From contig JASANG010002430.1 in the NCBI GenBank assembly GCA_030248215.1, forward strand, positions 248,001 to 312,000: 64,000 nucleotides of DNA. Direction: 5' to 3'. This DNA is from Enoplolaimus lenunculus (taxonomy: Eukaryota). Shown piece after piece: positions 12,122 to 26,200 of the stretch; within the stretch, counting starts at the first letter, position 1, and every line of letters starts with the position of its first letter. Made by a program: the position numbers and the translations under genes. Under the pieces are notes generated by a model that did no database searches, had not been told where the DNA came from, and was given only the letters and a program-made list of their open reading frames with translations.

Positions 12122-13184
12122 CGTTCGAATAAGCATTTAATATATACTTCTTAATTATAAATATAGTACGTCACTGTAGCAGATGGCCATAAATCAGAAA
12201 GCAGAACGAATACCAGAAATGCCGGTAATAGAGACGACAACATCCAAACTTAAAAATGATGTACATTTCATCTACTTTCTACTAAATTAGGCGGACCAAA
12301 TATAATTTAACCGAATTCTAAAAGGAGAGTAAATTTGTCGAAATTACTTTTTAACATAAGATATATCAAATGCTCATCCAGGATGTAACCAAATATCAGT
12401 TTCTTCCTCTGGTAAAACCAGTGTCCGTTTCCGTCATAAAATTCCATAAATTTTGCTGTTGTTACGTTCACCGATGTATTAAATCCCTTCAAACTCTTTC
12501 CGTTTTCAAAAATATACTTTGCATTGAATATATTTTCATATTCGATATACGGCAATTCGTACCGGAAAGTTTCAAATATGAAAGCTCACAGACGCAACAA
12601 ATTTGGTTTTCCATAATGGAAACCAAGATATGTTTCATAGGCAAATATTTGGTTAATTTTTCTTAATTTGTCATTGTATATGCACATTGCTAAATCATAC
12701 CTTCAGCCGTGTTATACATCGCAACTGTAACGTTTCTTTCACTAAACGGCCCATGTAAAGATCAGAGGCGAAACAATTTTCCACAGGACTACAATAGTGT
12801 AAGCCTTCCTGGATTTGAGGGAACAACATTTTTTCTCGTCCCCTGATACCCACTTGAAATGAAATTTTGGGTACGTTTTGTTGGTAGAAGCTTTAAACGA
12901 ACTTTTTCGCTAAGGCTTAGGCATATGGTCATTCTTTCGCTTAGGCTTGGGAATATGCTTATACGTCTCGGTTCTGTACATTGACCCACTGAAAAATATA
13001 CAATGCAATCTATGCGGTACGTAATTTTCAATTGAACGGCTGCGTCGTTAATTTATTTTTTAAAAATTTCAAAAAATCGTGATTCAGACAGCATCTATCC
13101 GTACTTTAAATCAGTATAATCAAGAGTGGATGATGCACACTTCAACAAGAGTATGCAACTGGGTAAATTCTGTGTAGAAAAGAC

Positions 13185-13358
13185 TGTACCCGGCACGCGT
13201 TGCGTTTTTGGCCTACCCCCTTTGTTTAGAGGGGGTACAACCTATGCGTATCCGGCAACAAATTGCTGCGCTTATAATTTAATTTAAAGTTATTGCATGT
13301 GACAGCGACCCCTCTAAACAAAGGAGGGCCGGCCAAAAACGCAACGCCCTTTGGTACA
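13185..13358. mobile_element. Short foldback MITE-like element
   Basis: Imperfect arms of about 50 bp: TGTACC..GCGTTGCGTTTTTGGCC..CCTTTGTTTAGAGGGG pairs with CCCCTCTAAACAAAGG..GGCCAAAAACGCAACGC..GGTACA. Confidence 0.7.
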
Positions 13359-13904
13359 TTTTGTATCTTGCGGAACCCCTAGAGTTGCACCCTCTTGTAT
13401 TATATGCACTCTTGGTGTAATATATCGTCGATTGTCTCTGCGAATTTGGATCGGTCACAAGATATTCTGGACCACGAAGTTTCGAACCAATGGAACCAAA
13501 ATCGTGAAAACTCGTAAATTTTGGAGATTTGAAGATTCTAAATGTTTTTAATTCAAAGTTAAACAATCGCTGCACTCAATAGTGAAAAATTCGGATGTTG
13601 AGTAGAAGTGGACAGTTTGAGATTATGTTTTATTGCACTTTTGGTCTTTAATATTTTTCAATCTGTGATTATTATTAAGCATCGATGTTAAATAAAATTT
13701 CAAACTTTACTGTTATACCTAAGTCATTATCTAGAGAGCAGATTTAGTTCATGCAGAGAACCGTTAAGGCTATGCATATAAAAGAAACCATGAAAATCTA
13801 TTATAAACATAAACAAATTCCCATAGCAACACACGCTTTGGGCTATATACACTTCTTACTCTGTTGCAGCCTCACACAAAAACGCTCCGCCCCTGATCTT
13901 AACC

Positions 13905-14350
13905 GAGGCTCACGTTACAACCGGGGCAGCTTGGGACACCTTTTGTCCCTATTAGACTACCGGGTAACATTTTGTCCGCTTGTAGACCCCATATCGTATT
14001 CAAAAATTCGTATTTGTCTGCTATTACATGCGTGGATCAACTTTTGTTCTTCAATATCGTATGATATTCGAGGTAATTATCTGCGAATATCATATGACAT
14101 ATTTTCAAATGTCTGCATAGTTGAAGTAACATACCTATATTGTCCTGCTGAATATAAATATAATAGAATTCGAATTTTGGTTTTTTGAATTTTGAAACTG
14201 TAGTTCTAAGCGATTTTGTGTCGGAAACGATTTGCAGGCATGTATTTGGTATTTAGAGTACATTTGTGCCGCTGCTATCCAACTATTTACTCATTTATTA
14301 ATACCCAAAGGTTACACTGCCCCGCTGAATATCATATGATATTCGCATAT
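13905..14350 (+). mobile_element. Truncated copy of the non-autonomous DNA element at 46580-47260
   Basis: Starts GGCTCACGTTACAACCGGGGCAGCTTGGGACAC and is colinear with the 46580 copy over about 440 bp (e.g. GACCCCATATC.TATTCAAAAT, GAATATCATATGATATTCGCATA); right terminus absent. Confidence 0.8.
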
Positions 14351-14602
14351 AATGTCCCCATCCATACGCTTAGGCTTAGGAATGTGCTTATACTATGTTC
14401 CGGCCCTGTTCTATACATTGGCCGCCTAAACCTAAGGTAAGCAAAAATGGTCTAAAACAGGGTGCAACCGGAAGTGAAAATACCGGAGCCGGAGGTCAAC
14501 GAAACTTGCCGGAGCTGGAGCCGGAGATGAGGCGAAATTAGGTAGTAAAAATGATGATTAATCCATTCTCACATGAATATTTTCTATTTCCCCTGAGACC
14601 TA

Positions 14603-14674
14603 CTTTTATGCTAGGATTCGAACTCCAGTGACCGGAGTGAGAGGCGTATACCATCACCACTCAGCTATAGGAGC
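14603..14674 (-). mobile_element. tRNA-derived SINE head or tRNA pseudogene (Glu-CTC-like loop)
   Basis: Minus strand reads GCTCCTATAGCTGAGTGGTGATGGTATACGCCTCTCACTCCGGTCACTGGAGTTCGAATCCTAGC. It has a Pol III A-box (TAGCTGAGTGG), a B-box (GAGTTCGAATCC) and a CTCTCAC loop, but the acceptor and anticodon stems do not pair. Confidence 0.55.
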
Positions 14675-15485
14675 TTGACGCTCGACCCGAGAGGGCTCTC
14701 GTCTTGTGGTGATTTCGTACTATGTATACGTGTTGCAATTGTTAAACACGGTGCGATATATATTATTTAACGTATCTCCGGTTGTACCTGGTCTAAAGCT
14801 TAAGCTTACCCTATTGCAGTTCCACAGAAAAACGTTCCACCCTTGCTCTTTACATGGGCCAATACATCTTACAAATATATTTTACTTGCGTTTCTACAAT
14901 AATTTAATAAAATAAAACTCCCGCGTGAGTTTTAATGAAGTTAGGATTTTCAGAAACTGTGCTTAATACTTCTCCACATGTTCCTCTGTCTTCACCACTC
15001 CTTATTTTACTGTGAGACAAACGCATATTTCACGCATTGAGCTTTGTTTTAACAGCTGACTACACGCTATTTTAAAAAAGTAGCCACTTAAATTTCTTTA
15101 TTGAACGTTTTTGTATTTACATGAAGGTTGCTCTTACATTGAGTTGGTTTGTAGCCTCGGGCAGCTTTGAAAGCTTTTATCGACAAATTTTCTCAATAAA
15201 GAAAAACGAAACCTAAAATTTTAGCAATGGTATATATAAGATTTGTTACATTTAGCAAATTTAGCATCATTACAGTTTTGTTTCAACTACCGCTTCAACT
15301 TTGGGGCTGGCATAATTTGTTGTTGTCTCTGGCTACGACAATTTTCATTTCCGGCTGAACGTGTTAACGAAGCTCGCTATTGTTTTGAAATTATTCAAAC
15401 TGCTCCGCTCTTCGCTTCAACCCTTATTCGCAATGTTTCACAATTAATATATAGGTAGTGGCGTAAGTTATAACTCATTTCAAGA

Positions 15486-15642
15486 CATGGACGTAGTTTC
15501 AAGATTTTGGGAACGGTTTCCACAAAATACTTCGAAGGGCGTTCGTGTGTTGTAAACTGATACCGTCTCTAAAGTAAAAACCCTGAAGAAATTTTCCGAG
15601 TGGGATTTTGATACTTGATGCCCATCCTTGGGTATGTCCTTG
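15486..15642. mobile_element. Small hAT-type MITE (157 bp)
   Basis: Imperfect TIRs CATGGACGTA / TATGTCCTTG; flanking 8-mers TTTCAAGA and TTGCAAGA (7/8 match) fit an 8-bp TSD. Confidence 0.55.
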
Positions 15643-16530
15643 TTGCAAGATAGATTAAATTTCTCGAGTTCTCTTAAGTTTCCGTTCTGTATAAATGATT
15701 GTCAAACAAAAGTCAAACTGGATTTAGTTTAAATAAACGTATTCATTATGAATAATAATAATAATAATAACATATGCGAACACTTATGCAATAAAAAGTC
15801 AATGGTTTCGGCCAAACAATTCAAAAGTACTTTATCAGCGATTCTAGCCAGGGTGTAACGGATATCCGTTTGGGTTGGAAGAAAAATAGCACATTTTTGA
15901 AACTTTTATACTTCAATATCCGTTTTTAGTTTCCGTTATTATGATCACTATCCGTTTCCGTTATTTACTTATCCGTTTTCCTGGAAACAATATTTACTTT
16001 AACAATGTAGTAACAAAAGATATGCCTAAGCTTAAGCCTCCTCAGCGTAATAAACACAAGTGTCTAAACCAAAGCTTAGCATAAGCCCAAGCAAAAAATT
16101 AGTCTAAATATTTAAGCTTAATCATTTCGATCTCGTGAGATGGCGGGCACTAGCGGATCCAGAGTAGAGCGAGCGGGCGTATGCCCCTCGTCAGAATCTT
16201 TTGTAATAAGATGGTAAGGTGCCATACTTTACAATTTTCCCCCTCAGAAAGTTTTTCTGTACAAAAATTACATGGTCTCTACATTACAGGTTTTCCTCAT
16301 AAAATTTTTTGGTGAAAAACTGCGTTTCAAAACATTTACGAGCCTGTCCGTCAGACGGGTTGATGTTTGTACGATTACGTGTAAGTATATTTCAATATGG
16401 TTTTTTGGAACGCAAAACGACTTATGTATATAAGTTCGAGGGAAGGGTGGCATTCAATAGAATCGGAAACAAACCAAATCTAACTTAATTTCAGGTGGCC
16501 AACGCAAGTATTTATTTTATTAGTCAGTAG

Positions 16531-16874
16531 CAGGGTGCCACTGGAGGTGAAAAATGCAGGAGCTGGAGGTCAACGAAACTTGTCGGAGCCGGAGATGAGA
16601 CGAAATTAGGTAGTAAAAATGATGGTTAATTAGTTAATTTTAGCCAATATCTGCAATATGCTGTTGAGTTGTTTGGTTTTACGCGAATTTGCTGCGAAAT
16701 TTCGGATATTCTTTCCCGAAAATTGTGACAAAAGTAAAACGAAACGCGCTAAACATATAAATTTTGCAAAATTGTGCAAAATTTTACTACCGAAATTGAC
16801 TGAAACTCCGGCAAAAATTCTACCGGAGCCGGAGACCGATTTTCTGCCGGAGCCGGACCTCCGGTTGTACCCTA
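16531..16874 (+). mobile_element. hAT-type MITE of the CAGGGTGCAACCGG family
   Basis: Begins CAGGGTGCCACTGG and ends CCGGTTGTACCCT, with internal CCGGAG/CCGGAA subterminal repeats. Closely similar to the partial copy at 14458-14560 and the inverted copy at about 41510-41918. Confidence 0.75.
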
Positions 16875-17287
16875 GATAGCAGCAATCTTCTAAACCGAAT
16901 ACCCAGCACCATTGAAGCAGTTGCATAATAAAAACTATTTTTTGATTTGTATGCTTTAGTTCCATACTGAAAACTGTTTTTAGATTTGCATGCTTTTACG
17001 CTCATAGCAATAGAAATTACGGGATATCCAGATATGAAAAATTTCCGATGCCCATTATTAATCCTTATAGGGCTTCCTATTGCAGCGGTTCGACCATGAT
17101 CTTAATACAGTATTTGACCACAGGCAAACCCAAAACATCAACAATGAATTTCTGGCCATCTGCTCCTGCGCTACTCACCCATGTAAACTTTCAGATGCAA
17201 CAGCTCTCACATTCAGTTATATTTTACCATAGATCCAATTTCACAGCAAATATGTAAATAAAATTTGAAATATTTTTACATTTTCTA

Positions 17288-20200
17288 TCAAAATTGAGTT
17301 CTGCACATTGGGCAAGTCGCGTTATCACTGGTATTGAACCATTTGTACTGAAATTAAATAAAATAAAAACACATTAAAATATAGTTCATAAGAATCTAGT
17401 TTATCTTCACTAATATTTTCAGTTTGTTCAAAAGCCGAGATTCTGGACTCACTCATGTTCTCAAAATCGTCAAAAAACAAAGATGCCACCATAAAATATA
17501 TAAGAAATATAGGATGCGAAAATATAAGAAGCATACGATCATTAGCACTATAAATTAACCACCTAGCTACATAATACAGTCACGGACAGAATTAAGTGCA
17601 CAGTACTTGCAATTGCGCCTGCGGTCGCAGCTTTAGAATCGAGGTCGAATTTTTTTTCGCAGTCACGTATCAAACCATGATTACACGATTGAGAATTTGA
17701 ATAACGGCATAAGCGGCGGCGGTTTATAGTCCCAGTAACCACCACCAGCTCAAAACGAGCGATCACGATCAGAACCGCGGTTTCGAACGCAACTACAATT
17801 TCACTCAATGACATCCGTGATTGTATAAACATCGAGACGATGTTACCCAAATTCTGTTGATACCCCCACATTATCATGCTATATCTAAGCCGCAGCTACA
17901 GAATTACCAGACACGCAGAATGAAACTTCTTTCTACATTGGCGGCACGTGATTTTTGGAAGTGTATAGTTGGTCCCGTGAACTGCCATCATACAAATCAT
18001 ACAGTCTTCAACGCCTTCTAAATGCCGGTCAATGTTACGTTTCCAAAGTTCAATACCATTTAGCAAAGAGCCATTCTATAACAAAGATAAAATTTCAAAT
18101 ACATGACACTTATATGATTTTGAAAGGATTCTTCAGTATGTGAAAATTGTATGTTAAATATAAATAATGTCTTTAAATGTAATTAAAACGAATTTTCTTA
18201 AAATTCAATTAAATTAATTCAAACAAATCTAAATAAAGAATGGAAACAAAAACAATTGAGCACAGAATACCAATCAAAAATTCGGTTTAGAATTAATATT
18301 GGTATTCAATGCTCAATAGTTTTGTTGTCATTTTTATCAACTTTAGGGATCCCAGTTTCAAACATTGTTGATCATATGAGTGGTTTGTCTAACAGATGTA
18401 AATCATAGCCACAGTGCCTTCATGACCGTTCAAGAGAGAAACCGATCAGAAGATAGCTTATTAACCGAAACAAATAACAAACAAACAAACAAACAAACAA
18501 AGAAACAAACAAACAAACAAAGAAACAAACAAACAAACAAACAAACAAACAAACAAACAAACAAACAAACAAAACAAATAAATAAATAAACAAGCAAACA
18601 AACAATAAGTGAACAATGAAGCAAAGAACGGTCAAGCAAAAACGAACAAACGAACAAACAAAAATAAACAGCAACATACTTGATGCATAAGCACAACATT
18701 AAGCTGTAGCATCCATTTCCGCCACCGTTGTTTTACGATCCCAACACGCTTTCCGGATTCCACTTTGATTTGTCCCAAAGGATAATTAGCCGGAAGCGCT
18801 ATCACCAGTTCGACACTTGCATCTTCTGTCAAATACGTTGCAATAAGCTCGCGAACACTTGGACGGCATTGAATCTAAAACAGGTTTATTTTAAATCAGC
18901 TCCTTAAGCATGACTCCCAAATATTCGACTTTGCTAATACAATAACATCTTCGAAGTGAAATCATCTAATTCTTTTTGACCGCAGTCGGACTGGATTGAT
19001 GAGCAACAAAATATTATATATTTGAAACAACGCTGATATAATAAGAGACCGCCAAACACTTGTAACCCATTCGTTAAGCCACCTCGGCTTCCAGTGGGCA
19101 AGCTAAAGGCGTAGAACAAATGGGGATCACAGGTTACCAACCTTTGAAATATTTGTAATAGTCTTGACACGGTTTCAGTGTGCAACATATGCACCCCCAC
19201 GAGATTTTTATACAACGTGATCTTCGTTTCCAAATTCTGGCTACTCCCATGGGGCAGGCTAACATAATTAACATGTACTTACCTTCAAATTGCCAAGCTT
19301 TCGATGATCAGCCGCGGCTACCACTTTGAATTCCTCTGCTGCTAACACAGGACCCAAATATGTCGTTACAAATCTAAAAATGTAACACCAAAATGTCAAA
19401 GGTCGCAATTCACTGGTTCAAATTTTAAAATATCGATCATAAGTTCACAAAATATCACAGATTTAGCTAAAACAATGAATAAAACTAACCGTTCGACCAC
19501 TTGACTTAAACGGCGTCTTTGATTTATCCACCACTGCCGGAATACAGCCGGATATGCGGTTAACGCATCATACAACAGAGATGCCGATAAGCATTCCAAA
19601 TACTGCTGTCCACTTGTTTGATCTGAAAAAACCCAGTTTCGCTAAAAACAGAAAAGTACTAATGTTACAGTTCTATAAAACTCTATACAAAGCCAAACCA
19701 CGGCTAAATATATAAAAAGTTAGTGTCTTCCACTATCCTTCCATCCAACACTGTGTAGTTACCAAAATCAAGCTTCCAAACAGGAGTTGTTTTGAACACA
19801 TCTGCCAACGGTTCATCGCCATCACCGGTCGTAGCTCCTGGAACATCATGACCAGGTTCTTTGAACAATTTCAATTCACGCGCTGGTGTTTCTTTCGTCT
19901 GCATTGGTTTTTCCGGCAAAACACAAAAGAGACACAACACAAAGGAGTTAAATCTGCCGTTTGCTGCTAATGACGCTCTATATCTGGCTCGATCCTAAAA
20001 TGATGAAACTAATTTGGTTTAGTTCTTGTACACCTTCCCTACATTCAAAGCTGTTTAAAGGCCTATTCTGTTGAAAAAACAGACTGTCGCTAAAGTGTAC
20101 CAATACTTGAAAATTCGGCCAAATTTGAGGTTTTGCAATAAAAACTAAAATTATTGCCACACTTAACAGACCATTTCTGATATTTTTTGTTTGAAAGCTT

Positions 20201-23200
20201 ATAATCATAATGTGTTAATCTTGCATTCTGGTGTTGAAATCCTGAGCCCCTTACTAGCTACGGCTAAATTTAAACAATATGGTCAAGCCTAAATTAGGAC
20301 TTTTTACATTACTTCAATTATTAGAATTACAAACCGACTGATTTTAGTACTAACTAGTCGTAGTGGAACTATATGTAGTCAGCGAAGATGGAACATACTT
20401 TTTTAATCAGCCGAGTAAAACATTCCAAGCTTACAAAGCACAAACGCATATTTTGGCCCACCTACTTTCTTCTAATAATCAGTGAAATAATTTAAGAAGT
20501 CCTAATTTAGGCTTATCATTATGCTAATATGCAACTTAGCTGGAGGTTTGTAAATAATTTATTCAGATTTCTCGTAGCTAGAAATCCTTTAGAACTGAAA
20601 TTAGACTGCTTGTAACCCTCAATCTAAATTTAATGTTTATAAGTCTCCGAAACCGATAAATTGCTAGCTGCTAACTAATTAGCATATCAATTAGCATATC
20701 AACTTAATTCGTTAAACCGAAATTACGACTTTTTACACTATTTCACTACTTATTATAGTTACAAGCGTTTTGATTTTGGTACTAAAAGGTTTTAGGTTGA
20801 AAGAAATCTAAATAAAATGTTTATTAATCTCCAAAACAGATTAATGAATAACTTAGAATAAACAAGTTAGCATTCGCTATGCCAACCGTGGAAGTTGAGT
20901 TGAGGAATATTATCATTTTGAACGCTAATGACTTTACGGTTTTCAGAAATCAGAAATTTTAACATATCGTTTAGAAATGGAAACACGTAGAAATTAGTTA
21001 GCTATACGCTAATTACCTGTACCAATTATAGTATTTTAGTGCATTATAGTTTTAGAATATTGGTTTTTATCGATGTATTGTATAACAAAATGCTTCGTAG
21101 GGTTTTTGGGCAGGGTTCAACCGGAATTCCTGTTCCGGCCGAAATTCCTGCAAAAATTCAATTCCTGTTTCTGTTCCTGCATTCGAAGATGTAGGAACCA
21201 GATATTTTACGGTTTTGGGGCAAATTATTTATAATTTAAATATTGGTAACTTTATCTTTGAAAAATTTTTATGTCGAAATTAGTGTTTTTGTACCTAGTT
21301 CAATTTTGTTACTAAAAATTGTTCATGATGTGTTTCCGCAAAACTGAATGATGAAATGGCTGAAAATTCTCTTAAGCAATTTTCTGGCAAGTTTTGTAAA
21401 AAGTCCAACAGTAATTCGGTGATGAAAATTATTTCAAATTCCGGTACTTAAGGATACTTGCAAATTTGCATTTGAGCACATTTTCAGCAAGCGAGCGCGA
21501 GCTTCGCTTTAATCGAGTACTATCACTACGACTGGTAATCCTTTTATCCTACTGCAAGTAATTATTTCACGGATCACCTTTGAATAACCGGCAAACTAAA
21601 ATGCAGGTTAAGGAGCGGGATGTTGCAAGCAAGACGTTCTTACACCACTCACCGAAAACTTACTTTAACTTCTAGACTAGCTAAGTATTTTAACGTCAAT
21701 TTCCAAGCCAACAAGTACGTAGTCAAATATTTTCGCAATTCTGGAGTTTCTAAATATCGCTGGCTAACAAACAAATCGCCATCTGTATCCAAACTAGACT
21801 GTAGTACCACAAAACTTTTATCAATAAGTGACGATAAATACGGTAACAGATCCCTGAAACAAAACCATAAACATGTTAGATATGTAAAGTGAGACAAAAA
21901 GTCAACTATGCAAAAAAATAAGTCAAGAATTTAAAATAACGGATAAGCGCGCACTGGAAATGGCTGACATATTGCGAAAGTTTGTCAAATATCAACCTTT
22001 AACTTTTTCCAAGGTTGCAAATAACTTAGCACAAAACCTCAGCCTCTTCCAGTGTATTTTAAAGAAGGAGTACAAATTTCGGTGAAAAACTCAAATTTTC
22101 AAATCAGAAACTATGACAAAATTTCTTGAATACATATTCACCCAAGGGACTGTTGACCAAATTATAACAAAATCTTAATTGTTAATTATGAATAGGAAAA
22201 AATGAAGGTTTCTCTTAAACCAACTCGTTTTCTGCGAAATAAAAATTACACTTACCGTTCTTCCAATTTTTCTTCCCGTGAAACAATTTCTTTCGTAGAA
22301 CCGTTAGACGGTGACGCCACACTTTCCTCAGAATTTACTTCAAGTTCATATTTTGAAATATCAGTGATCACTCTAAAATTACAAACAAACAAACAAAAAT
22401 ATTTACATACTACATAATACAAAATTCCGTAAACAGACAGAAGTGTTAAAACGAAGTATCATTTAAACCTAAATTTGTGGATCAAAAAGTACAATTTTTT
22501 AAAAGTCTCAACCTCCGTCTACATTTTGACTCCCGACAGAGTCCAAACAAACCTGTACAAACAATATTCTTCGCTTGTTACAAAAATTTTAGTGACAAAC
22601 TAAACAACAACACAAAGAATAATCTTCTACAAAATAGTAAGTTATTTTCAAAATCAATTTTTGCTGAGAAATTGCTTTCAGTAATTGTGTTGAAATAATC
22701 TAAACCACGACTTGTAAAACTTGAACCCACTCTCTTTCCTACTTACAATGATAGTAGAGTGCATCCTGCCACTTGGATCGGCATTGCGTCAGATTCCAAA
22801 AACGGAAGAAACGTGAGCAGTAGCGTTTGAAATTGCTCTGTATATCTGCAAAAACACCAAACTATAATAGAATACCGCCACCAATAAAATCAACTTATAC
22901 AAATAGTTTCAAATTAAATAAAAAAGCTAAGAATTTAAACGCGTTTTCCAAATCTTAGTGAATAAACTACAAATATTTAGCTTTTCAAAAAGGCCAAAAA
23001 AATTAATAATAATTTCATACCCAATCACATCGAGTTCAGGACACAAAATTTTCGGTAACTCCAATGATAACAATTCCTGTTGACCAACATAACGCATTGA
23101 AACAGCCAGGGCATCAAGCACTGATTGGACAGGAGCTGCCGTACTTTCGTTTTCTAAAATAAACAACCACACATAAAATTATAATTGTCAAACATACCGT

Positions 23201-26200
23201 ACAAAACTAAACTATTAATCATGCCCATGTTAATTATAAGTGCCTGCTTACTGGGAGACAAAAGATCGCAGGACTTAGACACTGGAAGCCTTATACCTAT
23301 GATAAAGATTAAGATTAGGCTTACTCACTCTTTTCGCACTATCTGATAGACCACCACCTCCTAATCATAAACCTTGCATATTACAGGTTGCTTATCTCCG
23401 TAAAAGAAACCATTTAAAACCCCACATTTAATTAATTAACTTATTGAAAATGTTACAAAACCTATTATTATAACTGGTGACATGCGCAACACAGAGTTGA
23501 AAATGCGACCTATAAAACTAACCGCTGCTTATTTTCAACATCATTGGAACCAGTATTTCAACGGCTCCTTTAAGAAAAAATTGTTTCCATTCTCGAATCA
23601 TTTCCAATGCACTGTCCGAAGCAGAACCGCAACTCTGCTCTAGCTCTGAGAAATAACAGGCTATCGTGTTAAAGTATGAAATCGCAGCAGCTGCAATAGC
23701 GCACCTGTTCACATTGGAACCGATATTCATGTCAGCTGATGACTAAAATACAAATTAAAATTAAAACATAAAATACATTAACGTATGCCTTCGAGATGGC
23801 CACTATTGTGCAGACAGGGTGGCACCGAACCCACAGTTTGACAGATTCGGAAACCGCTTCAAAAACCATTGCGATTTTGGAGAATCCGATTACAAACTCT
23901 TGTTGCAATCCTGGGTGTTGCATTCAACTGGTTCTAGCAAAGTAAAAAGAAACCGCTTTAAAAACCATTGCGATTTTGAAGAATCCGATTACAAACTCTT
24001 GTTGCCATCCTGGGTGCAGCAGTCAACTGGTTCCAGCAAAGTAATAAAACCTGTCTCGAGAATTCAAGTTTACAGGCCAGTAAGTCATCCTAAAAAATTA
24101 TATATTCGGTTGGTGATAAAGGTTCAAAATAAGAGCGAAGTCATGACAAGCTCGATCCCGGATATGGCGATATATCGACAACATGAGGTCAATTTTCTAC
24201 ATTCACAATTTTGTTTCTAATACGTACCTGGAGTGTGGCAATCATGACACACAGTAAATAATCACGCTGACCAGTATCCAACTTGGACAAGAGTGGCGCG
24301 AGGCGTTGCAGGAATGAAAGTAAATTTAGATTGAAAACTATTTCTTTACCATTTTGTACCAAAATGGATCTGCAACAAGAAATTTCAAAATAATTGTTTA
24401 GTCTCGCTATTTAGAAAAATTCAAATATATATATATATTACATATTTTCTACCAAATTGAACATTCATAGCCACATATATAATACTAGCTGTGCAATATA
24501 CAATTTGCGACACTGCACATGAGCTCTAGGTCAGTAGCCAATATTCTCAAACCGCCGTTTATGTTAAAGGAGATAACTAGTGATTCCAAATGCTAAATCC
24601 CTAAAAACCACACAAATTACAAATGAAATTAACCAAACTCCAGCTAATCCTTTATGAACAAAGTATTCTGAACTGCAAGAAGCATTAGTTTATCACTCCG
24701 TACCCATACAAACGACAATCGCTCGTATTGAATTGAGATAAATTTCAAAATTCAAAACCATTTCAAAAGCAACTGCTTACCCATCTAGCGTAGTCACCGA
24801 CTCAAACCGACCCCTAACATCCATCCATTTCACCAATAAATCTGTAAGACAATCGTCTGAACAGTTGAGCAATGAACACAGAGCAAACCGAAATGATGTG
24901 ACATGAATCTCGTAACGCGAAACACTATTGGACGCATTTTTATTCGGATCCAAACTTGTCTCACTTGAATCTAGAAAACTCATTTTAAGAAGTAACGCCC
25001 TAATTACACGTGCAAGATTTTGCAACAACCACTTGCACGTGCAATTCGCATGTGCTAGGTTGGTCGCAAAACCGCTTTTAAGTTCTTGAAACTGCAAACT
25101 ATTCACAGGAATTATTCGCACGTGTGAACCTGATGCAAGTCGCTTGAATTTCATGCACCTACAGTTTGATTGGCCAATCGGAAGACATGTTGTTGAGCGC
25201 TTCTGAAATTAATTCAGACTTTTTGATTTAAGCTTGAATTACTTTAAATATCACACTTGTTTGATATTTCGCAGTTCATAGCGATGCTGACTGGACTAGT
25301 TTTGCAACTATTGAGTTCTAAACGGAAACTGTATGCTTGGAAAGCGGTTTAAGCCACGAATTTTCGAATAAAACTTCATGCTTTAATTTTTGCAGAATTG
25401 ATAATAACCTAGCAAGTAGAATATTCATCATCATTGGCTGAACTGATAATTTACAGCTTATGCTTGATATTTATTACAGTTGTCTGCAAAATTATTCGTA
25501 TAAAATCATGTCAAGATTGAGAATAAATTATGTTCCTTTGCAAATAGTTCTCGCTGCGAACATTTGCACGTGTGCATAGGGTTTCAGCTAACCCTTTCTC
25601 ACACAGATATTTTCTATTATTTTCATTTAAGGTACACTTTCCAGCTAAGAGGGAGGCGTTTACCAATATACCGCTCAGATTCAAAATTTGCCTTCCACCA
25701 TTCTTGCAGACCTACGTCTCTATACTAACTATCCGGGTACATCGTTTAAATCGAAACTCTAATAGGAATCGGAATTCTGGTTGCACCCTGCTACCTATGG
25801 TTTTATTTTTGGGTTCATGAGAGGGTTTTTGCCCACTTTTTAATACCCAGTGAAATTAACGCACCAAGAAAACCCCACAAAGATTTTCAAGTTTTTTTAC
25901 AGAAAAAGAACCCTCAGCTGGAACTCTTTTACTATCATAACTGTGCCATAAGAGCAGCTCGTCTTTGTATTTTCTTATTTTAAAATATTCAGCACATAAC
26001 AAAGACTAAACCCTCGTCCTATCGAAAGTCACCAGCCTGTTTTCAGCCTGCTGAATGGGCATAATGGACAGTCACGAATGTAGCCATACCGGGGTGCAAA
26101 GCGGAACTGGATTATACCGGAATCGGAATCGGAACTACAAATTTTGTGACTATACGGATAGTATTAACAAGTATAATATTGATTTAGGGCGTATGTTGGC

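Noticed and set aside
14603..14674. Functional tRNA-Glu
   Set aside because: A and B boxes are present but the acceptor and anticodon stems do not pair; treated as a SINE head or pseudogene.
18380..18699. KQTN-rich and FVCL-rich ORFs
   Set aside because: Translations of an (AAAC)n microsatellite in an intron.
24480..24600. Extra LTN1 exon after a TTTTTAG acceptor (minus strand)
   Set aside because: The required frame hits a stop, and exons 10 and 11 already join in phase.
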